This document shows positions 56,156-64,000 of a stretch of 64,000 nt of DNA, piece after piece. How positions within the stretch are numbered: the first letter of the stretch is position 1; every line of letters begins with the position of its first letter. Source of the DNA: an uncultured Christensenella sp. (GTDB lineage: Bacteria; Bacillota; Clostridia; Christensenellales; UBA1750); contig CAJJNQ010000005.1 in the NCBI GenBank assembly GCA_905193155.1, positions 6,814-70,813 of the forward strand, written 5' to 3'. A program made the position numbers and the translations under genes. The notes below the pieces were generated by a model. That model was not told the origin of the DNA and searched no databases. It worked only from the letters and a program-made list of their open reading frames with translations.

Positions 56156-57083
56156 AGGAAGCATTTGCGATATTCAGGGACTGATGGTGGGACACGCGCA
56201 GAATGAAGAGGCACGCACCGGCTGCACGGTGCTTTGGGCGCAGGACGGATTCGTCGCAGGCGTGGACGTGCGCGGCGCGGCTCCCGGCACGCGGGAGACC
56301 GATCTTTTGAAGAGCGAAAACATGATGCCCCGCATCAACGCCATCGTGCTCTGCGGCGGCTCTGCCTTCGGACTGGACGCCTGCTCCGGCGTGATGCACG
56401 CGCTGGAAAAGCGCGGCGTGGGCTTTGACGTGGGGCTGACCAAGGTGCCGATCGTCTGCGGCGCGGTGCTGTTCGATCTGGGCGTGGGCGACGCTTTCAC
56501 CCGTCCGGATGCGCAGATGGGCCGTCAGGCACTGGACAATACAACCTGCTCCCCCGCCTGGGGACATGTCGGCGCGGGCACGGGCGCAACGGTGGGAAAG
56601 CTCCTGCTGCAAAGCGTCCCCGGCGCGCAGCCCAAACGCAGCGGCATCGGCACGGCCTCTATCCGTCTGCCCGGCGGCGGTACGGTTGCGGCGATGATCG
56701 CGGTCAACGCAGCGGGCGACGTTTACAATCCCGCAACGGGCGAATGTGTCGCCTGTGCGGAGCTGAACGGCAAAAAGCTGCCCGCCATGTCGCTGCTCGG
56801 CAGCACGGAATCCCTCGGCGCGATGTTCGGGCAGAACACCACCATCGGCGTGGTGGCGACAGACGTCAAGCTCAGCAAGGTGGAATGCAACCGCCTGGCC
56901 ACCGTGGCGCACGACGGCTATGCGCTGGCGATCCGCCCGGTACACACCTCCGCCGACGGAGACACACTCTTTGCCATCTCCCACGGCGAATATGAATGCG
57001 ACCCCATCGTGCTGCAAGCCGCCGCAACGGAGGTCGTCGCCCGCGCCATCCAGAACGCGGTCACGGAACCGAAGGAGGAATAA
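56148..57083 (+). CDS. P1 (S58/DmpA) family peptidase / aminopeptidase-like
   Basis: 311 aa. ICDIQGLMVGHAQNEEARTGCTVL..., NAIVLCGGSAFGL, NTTIGVVATD (self-processing nucleophile region). 8-nt overlap with birA. Confidence 0.8.
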   Translation: MYKGSICDIQGLMVGHAQNEEARTGCTVLWAQDGFVAGVDVRGAAPGTRETDLLKSENMMPRINAIVLCGGSAFGLDACSGVMHALEKRGVGFDVGLTKVPIVCGAVLFDLGVGDAFTRPDAQMGRQALDNTTCSPAWGHVGAGTGATVGKLLLQSVPGAQPKRSGIGTASIRLPGGGTVAAMIAVNAAGDVYNPATGECVACAELNGKKLPAMSLLGSTESLGAMFGQNTTIGVVATDVKLSKVECNRLATVAHDGYALAIRPVHTSADGDTLFAISHGEYECDPIVLQAAATEVVARAIQNAVTEPKEE

Positions 57084-57086
57084 ACC

Positions 57087-57446
57087 ATGCTCAAGGGACT
57101 GGGCTGCGATATGATCGAAGTGGAGCGCATCCGGCAGGCGCTTTCCAGGCCGAGCTTTCTGCGCCGGGTCTACACGCTGGAAGAGCGCGCTGCCATTGCC
57201 CGCAAGGGCGCACAGACCGCAGCGGGCTTCTGGGCGGCCAAAGAGGCAGTGAGCAAGGCGCTGGGCACGGGCTTTGACGGCTTTGCGCTGGCAGATATCG
57301 AGATTTTTTCCGATGAAGCGGGCTCGCCGCACGTTCGGCTGTATCGCGGCGCACAAGCTCGGCTGGCGGAAATCGGCGCGCTGAACGTGATGGTGAGCAT
57401 TTCGCACACCAAAGACGCCGCCATGGCGGTAGCCGCCGCAGAGTAA
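57087..57446 (+). CDS. acpS: Holo-[acyl-carrier-protein] synthase
   Basis: 119 aa. GLGCDMIEVERI and WAAKEAVSKALGTG. Confidence 0.92.
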   Translation: MLKGLGCDMIEVERIRQALSRPSFLRRVYTLEERAAIARKGAQTAAGFWAAKEAVSKALGTGFDGFALADIEIFSDEAGSPHVRLYRGAQARLAEIGALNVMVSISHTKDAAMAVAAAE

Positions 57447-57464
57447 AAAGAGAGGTAAGCCTTT

Positions 57465-58952
57465 ATGCATATTGTCACGCCCGCGCGGATGCGCGAAATC
57501 GAAGGATATGCCATCGGGCAGCTGGGCATCGACGGCCTGATCCTGATGGAGCGCGCCGCGCTGAGCCTTGCGCAGGAAATCCGCGCCGCTTCCCCGCGCG
57601 CCGTGCTGGCCATCTGCGGCAGCGGCAACAACGGCGGCGATGCTTACGCCTGCGCGCGCATCCTCCATCTTTGGGGAATCCGCGTGGACATTCTCCCCCT
57701 GCGTCCGGTTGAAAAGCTGTCCGGTGACGCGCTGAAAAATGCCTGGATCTGTCAGCGGCTGCGCATTCCCTTTCTGGAAAATCTGCCGGACGGGGCAAAC
57801 TATGACGTCGTGATCGACGGCATTTTCGGCACGGGACTTTCCCGCGCGCCGGAGGGCGAATTTGCTGCGGCCATCGACTGGATCAACCGAAGCGGCGCAA
57901 AAGTTTACAGCGTAGACATTCCTTCCGGTGTGGACGGCGCGACGGGACGGGTGCTGGGCTGCGCAGTGCGTGCGGATGTGACCGTGACCTTTCAATGGGC
58001 AAAATACGGGCATTTCCTCTACCCCGGCGCGGAACTGTGCGGCAGACTCGTGACGGCGGAGATCGGCATCCCCGATCCCGAAAATTGGGAGGATGCGGAA
58101 ATACTGGATGAGGCACTGCTTGCCTCACTTTTGCCCGAGCGCCCACGCGACGCGCACAAAAACACCTTCGGCCACGCGCTGCTCATTGCGGGCAACCGCG
58201 GCATGGCGGGCGCTGCAATGCTCTGCACCAACGCCTGCCAGCGCGCGGGCGTTGGGCTGACGACGGTGTGCGCGCTGGAAAACAGCGTGGCGCCGCACCT
58301 GCAAACCCGCCTCCCCGCCGCGATGTGCGTCGGGTTGGAAGAGGACGCCAAGCACACCTTCCCGCCCGAAACGGGGCGCGTGATCCGCTCTGCGCTGAGC
58401 GGCAAGACCGCCTTAGGCTGCGGCTGCGGACTGGGTCGGACGCTGGACTGCGCGCGGCCGCTGGAAGCCGCACTGGCCGCACCGCTGCCCGCCGTGATCG
58501 ACGCGGACGGGCTGTATCATCTGGCCACGCGGCTGAATTTACTCGACGCAAGGGAATGCGAAACCGTGCTCACGCCGCACCCCGGCGAGATGGCGCGCCT
58601 GCTCGGCCGCCCGGTCGAAGATCCTGTGAAGGATGCGCAAACCTTTGCCGCCGCGCATCGCTGCGTGGTGCTGCTCAAGGGCGCGTGCACGGTTATCGCC
58701 GCGCCGGGCGGACGGCTGACCTTCAACGTCATCGGCACCAGCGGCATGGCGACCGCAGGCAGCGGCGATGCACTGACGGGCATCATCACCGCGCTGCTGG
58801 CGCAGGGGCTTTCCGCCTATGACGCAGCGCGCGCGGGAGCCTATCTTCATGCGCAGGCGGGACTTCGCGCGGAGAAAAAGTTCGGCGCAGCTTCCATGAC
58901 CGCATGGGATATTTCCGAATGTGTCCGCCTGGAGGGCTGCGGCATAGACTGA
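57465..58952 (+). CDS. nnr: Bifunctional NAD(P)H-hydrate repair enzyme (epimerase + ADP-dependent dehydratase)
   Basis: 495 aa. CGSGNNGGDAY (YjeF-N) and GSGDALTGIITALLAQG (carbohydrate-kinase-like C-domain). Confidence 0.9.
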   Translation: MHIVTPARMREIEGYAIGQLGIDGLILMERAALSLAQEIRAASPRAVLAICGSGNNGGDAYACARILHLWGIRVDILPLRPVEKLSGDALKNAWICQRLRIPFLENLPDGANYDVVIDGIFGTGLSRAPEGEFAAAIDWINRSGAKVYSVDIPSGVDGATGRVLGCAVRADVTVTFQWAKYGHFLYPGAELCGRLVTAEIGIPDPENWEDAEILDEALLASLLPERPRDAHKNTFGHALLIAGNRGMAGAAMLCTNACQRAGVGLTTVCALENSVAPHLQTRLPAAMCVGLEEDAKHTFPPETGRVIRSALSGKTALGCGCGLGRTLDCARPLEAALAAPLPAVIDADGLYHLATRLNLLDARECETVLTPHPGEMARLLGRPVEDPVKDAQTFAAAHRCVVLLKGACTVIAAPGGRLTFNVIGTSGMATAGSGDALTGIITALLAQGLSAYDAARAGAYLHAQAGLRAEKKFGAASMTAWDISECVRLEGCGID

Positions 58953-58995
58953 TAGCGGGAAGGCGCGCAAAGCAAACTGCGCTTTCCTGAGGCGG

Positions 58996-59355
58996 ATGAG
59001 GAATTTGATCCTGCGGGGCGAAATCTATCAGGCGGCGCTGGACCCCGTGCTCGGCTCGGAACAGGGCGGCACGCGGCCGGTGCTGATCGTGCAGAATAAT
59101 CTCGGAAACCGCTATTCCCCCACGGTCATTGCGCTGGCAATGACCTCGCGCACCGGCAAGGCGCGCCTGCCCACGCACATCGAGATTGCGCAGGGCACGG
59201 CAGGTCTGCCGCGTGATTCGGTCGTGCTGGCCGAACAGGTGCGCACATTGGATAAGCAGCGGCTGGGTGCGCGCATCGGCATGCTGCCCGCGCCGATCAT
59301 GGCACAGGTAAACCGGGCACTGTTCATGAGCCTCGGCATGAATCCGGATGGATAA
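58996..59355 (+). CDS. mazF: MazF/PemK-family endoribonuclease toxin
   Basis: 119 aa. RGEIYQAALDPVLGSEQGGTRPVLIVQNNLGNRYSPTVIALAMTS...LPTHIEI closely follows the MazF/NdoA pattern. Confidence 0.88.
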   Translation: MRNLILRGEIYQAALDPVLGSEQGGTRPVLIVQNNLGNRYSPTVIALAMTSRTGKARLPTHIEIAQGTAGLPRDSVVLAEQVRTLDKQRLGARIGMLPAPIMAQVNRALFMSLGMNPDG

Positions 59356-59385
59356 TCAGCAAAACAAGCAAGGAGGATACAGAGA

Positions 59386-60258
59386 TTGGGAAAACTTCTG
59401 AATTTGCAGCCGATTGACTGGAAAAAAGAGCTGAAGCAGGATGCGCAAGCGGTGCTGGGGCTGCTGCTGATGATGGTGTCCTACAACTATTTCTTCGTGC
59501 CAAACCAGATCGCGCCCGGCGGGGTGACGGGTTTGGCCACCATCATCTATTACCTTTGGGGCATACCGGTGGGACTTATGTCCGCGGTCATCAATATCCC
59601 GCTGTTTCTGCTGAGCTGGAAGCGCATGGGCACATCCTTTGCGGCGCGTTCACTGGTGTCAATGCTGCTGCTTTCGCTGTTTCTTGATCTTTTCCCCTCC
59701 TTTGCCCTGACGGAAGACAACCTGCTGGCAACGATCACCGGCGGCGCCATTCTCGGCGTTGGGCTTGCCCTGGTGCTGATGGGCAACGCGACCACGGGCG
59801 GCACCGATCTGGCTGCGGCGATGATCCAGCGCGCGCTGCCGCACCTGAGCTTCGGCGTGATCCTGCTGGTGATCGAGATGTGCATCGTAACCTTCTCCGG
59901 CTTCGTGTTCGGCGCACAGAAGGCGCTCTATGCGGCAGTATCGCTGTTTCTGACCTCCCGCCTCGTGGATATGCTTCAGGAAGGCGTTGCATCGTCCCGT
60001 CTTTTCTTCATCATCAGTCCCAAATCCGATGAAATTGCCCACCGGATTCTCATTGAGCTGGATCGCGGCGTCACAACGCTCGACGGCCACGGTGTTTATT
60101 CTGGTGAGGATAAACAGGTCATCTTCTCAGTCGTTTCCAGCAAAGAAGTTCACTCCATCAAAAAAATCGTCCATGAGGTCGATCCCAACGCCTTCGTCGT
60201 GCTGACCGTCGCCAATGAAACCATGGGCGAGGGCTTCTCCCGCCTGATGCCCAAATAA
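59386..60258 (+). CDS. YitT-family membrane protein (DUF2179 C-domain)
   Basis: 290 aa. NQIAPGGVTGLATIIYYLWGIPVGLMSAVINIPLFLLSW. C-terminal GVTTLDGHGVYSGEDKQVIFSVV. Confidence 0.85.
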   Translation: MGKLLNLQPIDWKKELKQDAQAVLGLLLMMVSYNYFFVPNQIAPGGVTGLATIIYYLWGIPVGLMSAVINIPLFLLSWKRMGTSFAARSLVSMLLLSLFLDLFPSFALTEDNLLATITGGAILGVGLALVLMGNATTGGTDLAAAMIQRALPHLSFGVILLVIEMCIVTFSGFVFGAQKALYAAVSLFLTSRLVDMLQEGVASSRLFFIISPKSDEIAHRILIELDRGVTTLDGHGVYSGEDKQVIFSVVSSKEVHSIKKIVHEVDPNAFVVLTVANETMGEGFSRLMPK

Positions 60259-60272
60259 CAGCCTCCTTACTT

Positions 60273-60316
60273 AAAAAAGCGTCTGCTTCTCTTTTTCGAG
60301 ATACAGACGCTTTTTC
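60273..60316. terminator. Bidirectional terminator between convergent yitT-like and GH172-like genes
   Basis: aaaaagcgtctg (60274..60285) pairs with cagacgcttttt (60304..60315). Confidence 0.75.
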
Positions 60317-60324
60317 ATCGCAAA

Positions 60325-61389
60325 TCAGATGATTTCCAGCTCGTCGGGAGAACCGATGGGCGGAAGCGCGCAGGCAGGCCGATCAAGGTAGAAATAGACG
60401 ACCGACGCGATATCGTCCTGTAACGGCAGATAACGCCCGCCGCTGCGCCAGCCCAGTGCCTGAATTGTGACGCGGAGTTCCTCCGCAAAGTAGACCGGAT
60501 CTGCAATATGCCAGCGATACAAGCCGAAGCGTGTCTGCGAAGCATATACGCCATCCGGACGGATCACCTGGCACAGACCGGAATAGGGTGTCGTAAAGGT
60601 CTGATACTGATGGGTCTGCGGATTTTCAAAATTATAAGAGCCGCAGAAATAATCCTCCGTGCCCGTGCCGCAGATGGTGGGATATTCCCTGTCGCCATCC
60701 ATGTAGAACTTGATCTCTCCCTCGCCCCACCAGCCGGTGTTGTTCACGCCCCAGGCCATGTAGGTGCCGACATACTGCCCTCGCCCGCAAATTCCATCCA
60801 GAATCGTATAATTCTGCTTATAGGGCAGCGGATTGACCCGGCGGAACTGCGCATGAAAATAGCCCGCGTCCTCCTCCACCGGCTGCACGGTATAGGTGAT
60901 TTGATCATAGATGGTGAGGCGCTGCGCGCTGCGGTTTTCCAGTGTGAAGCGCGCACCTTTGCGGAAGGGCATCTCCCAATAGCTGTTAAAGGCCGAACCG
61001 GGATTGACGCACACCGCCAGCGAGGAGACCTGCGCATACTGCCCCCAGCCGCAGGCAAAGAAATCACCCAGCGGGCACTCCACAGCAGGCACATCGCTGC
61101 CGTCCCAATAGATGCGAAGGATCTGGCTGCGCCAATCGACGGTGGGCGTGAGCCAGATATGGCGGATCACGCCGCTGCCTTCGATCTCGCCCAGCGTCAG
61201 CACTTCGCCGGGTTCGACATAAAGATAAGGATTGACCTTCCAGCCGTCGCCCAGATCCCGCGCAGCTGCCTTAGCCGTGCCTTCCGTAAGCGGTGTGCGC
61301 GCCCCCATGCCCTTGCCGCCGGCGCGGTTTTCCGGGCAGATGGAGCGGGTCTGATAGGGAAGAAGATGTGATAGATTCATGCTGTTCAT
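60325..61389 (-). CDS. DUF2961 / glycoside hydrolase family 172-like protein
   Basis: ORF 60325..61461. ATG at 61389 (MNSMNLSHLLPYQTRSICPENRAGGKG). WEMPFRKGARFTLEN, GEGEIKFYMDGD, GTEDYFCGSYNF are DUF2961-type beta-jelly-roll motifs as I recall them. Confidence 0.75.
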   Translation of the reverse strand: MNSMNLSHLLPYQTRSICPENRAGGKGMGARTPLTEGTAKAAARDLGDGWKVNPYLYVEPGEVLTLGEIEGSGVIRHIWLTPTVDWRSQILRIYWDGSDVPAVECPLGDFFACGWGQYAQVSSLAVCVNPGSAFNSYWEMPFRKGARFTLENRSAQRLTIYDQITYTVQPVEEDAGYFHAQFRRVNPLPYKQNYTILDGICGRGQYVGTYMAWGVNNTGWWGEGEIKFYMDGDREYPTICGTGTEDYFCGSYNFENPQTHQYQTFTTPYSGLCQVIRPDGVYASQTRFGLYRWHIADPVYFAEELRVTIQALGWRSGGRYLPLQDDIASVVYFYLDRPACALPPIGSPDELEII

Positions 61390-61553
61390 CTGTGAAACCC
61401 CCTTTTGCTTTATTTGTGGGCTCAGCACCAACGTACCCTTTCCATCGTCTGGTGTCAACACGGAAAGGCCTTGACTTTTTCAATGAATTAACATACCATA
61501 AAATTAGGTGAATTCTCCCCTGCTGGGGTATTTTTTCACAGGAGGAAACACAG

Positions 61554-63365
61554 ATGACTGCTTTCAAACAGAACGCGCCGGAAAACAAACTGTGCGGCGC
61601 GCTGCCAAAGGTCGGCATCCGCCCCGCCATTGACGGCCGCCGCAAGGGCGTCCGCGAAGGTCTGGAGGATCAAACCATGGGCATGGCCAGGGCGGTGGCA
61701 AAGTTGATCGAAACCGAATTGCGCCATCCCTGCGGATTGCCCGTGGAATGCGTGATTGCGGATCACACCATCGGCGGCGTGGCGGAAGCGGCGGAGTGCG
61801 AAGCCAAGTTCGCCCGTGAGGACGTCGGGCTGACCATCACCGTCACCCCCTGCTGGTGCTACGGCTCCGAAACGCTGGATATGGATCCCCTGCGCCCGAA
61901 GGCAATCTGGGGCTTCAACGGCACCGAACGCCCCGGCGCGGTGTATCTGGCTTGTGCGCTGGCTGCGCACAGCCAGAAGGGCATCCCCGCCTTCTCGATC
62001 TACGGGCATGACGTTCAGGATGCCGCCGACGGCAGTATTCCGGCGGATGTCCGCGAAAAGCTGCTGCGCTTTGCGCGCGCGGGGCTTGCTGTGGCGACCA
62101 TGCGCGGCAAGAGCTACTTGGGCATGGGCGGCATGGCGATGGGTATCGCCGGCTCTATCATGGATGCGCCGTTTATTGAAAAGTACCTCGGCATGCGCAT
62201 GGAGCAGGTGGATATGTGCGAATTCGTGCGCCGCTGGGAAGAGGGCATTTACGATCACGAGGAATTTGAGCTGGCCAAGAAATGGGTGGACGAATATGTG
62301 ACCCTGGGCTGGGACAAGAACCCGGAGGAGATGCAGCATTCCCCCGAGCGCAAGCGCGACGTGCTGGAAAAGTGCATCCTGATGACCATGATCGCCCGCG
62401 ACCTGATGCAGGGCAATAAGAAACTGGCCGAGATGGGCTTTGTGGAAGAGAGCTGCGGCCACAACGCGATTGCGGCGGGCTTCCAGGGACAGCGTCAATG
62501 GACCGACCACTATCCCAACGGCGACATGATGGAAGCGCTACTGAATTCATCCTTTGACTGGAACGGCATCCGCGAACCGCTGATTGTTGCAACAGAAAAC
62601 GATCATCTCAACGGCTTGGCAATGCTGTTGGGCAAGCTGGTGACGGGCCGCTCGCAGGGCTTTGCCGACGTGCGCACCTATTGGAGCCCGGAAGCCATCG
62701 AGCGTGTTTCCGGTTGGAAGCCAGACGGCATGGCCTCCGACGGCCTGATCCATCTGATCAACTCCGGCTCGGTGACGTTAGAGGCGGCAGGCGTCTGCAC
62801 GGAGGACGGCCATCCTGCCATCAAGCACTGGTGGGAGCTGACGGCGGAAGAAGCCAAGGCCACGCTGGACGCGACGCAGTTCTGCTATGCCGATCTGTTC
62901 TACTTCCGCGGCGGCGGATATTCCTCGCATTTGGTCAGCCGCGGCGGCATGCCCGTGACCATGAGCCGCCTGAATCTGATCGACGGGCTCGGCCCGGTGC
63001 TCCAGATTGCGGAAGGCTACACCGTGGAGCTTCCCGGAAACGTACATGAAATTCTCGACAAGCGCACCGATCCCACCTGGCCGACCACTTGGTTTGCACC
63101 GCGCCTGACGGGCAAGGGCGCCTTCACCGACGTCTATTCCGTCATGGCGAACTGGGGAGCCAACCACGGAGCGTTCAGCTACGGCCATATCGGCGCGGAT
63201 CTGATCACGCTGGCCTCAATGCTGCGCATCCCGGTCTGCATGCACAACGTACCCGAAAAAGAAATTTACCGTCCGAGCATGTGGAATGCATTCGGCACCA
63301 GCGATCTCGAAGGAGCGGACTACCGTGCCTGCGCATCGCTTGGCCCGATCTACGGACGCAAATAA
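61554..63365 (+). CDS. fucI: L-fucose isomerase
   Basis: 603 aa. Near-colinear with E. coli FucI as recalled: [63 protein letters not shown]. Confidence 0.95.
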   Translation: MTAFKQNAPENKLCGALPKVGIRPAIDGRRKGVREGLEDQTMGMARAVAKLIETELRHPCGLPVECVIADHTIGGVAEAAECEAKFAREDVGLTITVTPCWCYGSETLDMDPLRPKAIWGFNGTERPGAVYLACALAAHSQKGIPAFSIYGHDVQDAADGSIPADVREKLLRFARAGLAVATMRGKSYLGMGGMAMGIAGSIMDAPFIEKYLGMRMEQVDMCEFVRRWEEGIYDHEEFELAKKWVDEYVTLGWDKNPEEMQHSPERKRDVLEKCILMTMIARDLMQGNKKLAEMGFVEESCGHNAIAAGFQGQRQWTDHYPNGDMMEALLNSSFDWNGIREPLIVATENDHLNGLAMLLGKLVTGRSQGFADVRTYWSPEAIERVSGWKPDGMASDGLIHLINSGSVTLEAAGVCTEDGHPAIKHWWELTAEEAKATLDATQFCYADLFYFRGGGYSSHLVSRGGMPVTMSRLNLIDGLGPVLQIAEGYTVELPGNVHEILDKRTDPTWPTTWFAPRLTGKGAFTDVYSVMANWGANHGAFSYGHIGADLITLASMLRIPVCMHNVPEKEIYRPSMWNAFGTSDLEGADYRACASLGPIYGRK

Positions 63366-63378
63366 GGAGGACTATCCC

Positions 63379-64000
63379 ATGCGAATTTCTACACAAAGCG
63401 ACGTCACCGCCGAGATTTTCGGCGGCATAGAGTGCATCTCCCGCCTGAAAGAGGCGGGTTACGACGCCATCGATTGGTCTTTTTTCGAGATGAGCAGCGG
63501 GCGTGGAAAATTTCTCCAGCCCGACTGGTCGGATTATGCAAAAGCGCTGCGCGCCGAGGGAGATCGTCTGGGCATCGCGTTCAATCAGGCGCACGCGCCC
63601 TTCCCCTCCTCCGCGGGACAGCCTTCTGAGGATGAAGTCATATTGAGCGCGATCCGCCGGTCGATGGAGGTTGCCTCGATCCTTGGCGTGCGCAACATCA
63701 TCGTCCACCCCAAGCAGCATCTGGTCTACGCCAAGAACAAGCAGGCCACGTTTGACATGAACGTGGAATTCTACCGTGCGCTGATCCCCGACTGTGAACG
63801 GCTGAACATCCGCGTCTGCGCGGAGAACATGTGGCAGTGGGACGATAAGCGCGAGATCATCGTGGACAGCATCTGCGCGCAGCCGGAAGAGTTCTGCGCT
63901 CTGCTTGATGCGATTGACAGCCCGTGGATCGTCGGTTGTCTGGACATCGGCCACAGCGCGCTGGTGGGCGTGGAGCCTGCGGACTTTATCCGCGCGCTGG
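63379..64000 (+). CDS. Sugar phosphate isomerase/epimerase (xylose-isomerase-like TIM barrel); 3' end outside the window
   Basis: Absent from the ORF track because there is no stop in the window. ATG at 63379 with AAGGAGG upstream. MRISTQSDV...EAGYDAIDWSFF...NIIVHP...VCAENM...CLDIGHSALVG pattern. Confidence 0.7.
   Translation, partial: MRISTQSDVTAEIFGGIECISRLKEAGYDAIDWSFFEMSSGRGKFLQPDWSDYAKALRAEGDRLGIAFNQAHAPFPSSAGQPSEDEVILSAIRRSMEVASILGVRNIIVHPKQHLVYAKNKQATFDMNVEFYRALIPDCERLNIRVCAENMWQWDDKREIIVDSICAQPEEFCALLDAIDSPWIVGCLDIGHSALVGVEPADFIRAL

Overview
64-kb chromosomal window from a high-GC Firmicute. Gene content looks Clostridia-like, but taxonomy cannot be confirmed without a database search. 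I call about 52 protein-coding genes and see no rRNA, tRNA or CRISPR array. Most long ORFs antisense to these genes are high-GC shadow ORFs. The backbone is core metabolism, in this order. (1) rluA-family gene, a giant zinc-ribbon/disordered/TM/Ig-like membrane protein, and an XRE regulator. (2) tcdA-rseC-trxA, a DUF1273 gene, LCP and mscS. (3) A co-directional nitrogen block, carA-carB / glnA-ANTAR-hisH-hisF, with guaA divergent from it. (4) A five-gene oligopeptide ABC operon. (5) ldhA-like gene, GH27 alpha-galactosidase, asnA, dapF and gdhA. (6) An arylpyruvate operon: paaK-iorA-iorB-paaK-ACT. (7) Fe-ADH, aroK, a Na+/solute symporter and a CNNM/CorC protein. (8) recX-birA-dmpA-acpS-nnr-mazF. 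(9) A sugar block: GH172, fucI and a TIM-barrel isomerase. The one clear accessory segment is about 26.5-35.7 kb on the minus strand. It is a lower-GC sortase-dependent pilus locus encoding a coiled-coil protein, signal peptidase I, a 1121-aa tip adhesin, a backbone pilin, a class C sortase, a CnaB minor pilin and a second sortase. Its downstream edge abuts a 5'-truncated oppB-like permease gene. The most unusual object is the N-terminal third of the tip adhesin. It carries 14 tandem C-x(4-7)-H-x-H-x3-C units that I cannot assign to a named domain. Other items worth a second look: an orphan promoter-plus-terminator unit (candidate sRNA) between carA and guaA, a promoter/hairpin arrangement upstream of glnA with a pseudo-receiver ANTAR gene downstream, a mazF toxin with no adjacent antitoxin, and an unassigned Cys-cluster protein. 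All functional calls rest on my reading of the translated ORFs and recalled family motifs. No searches were run.
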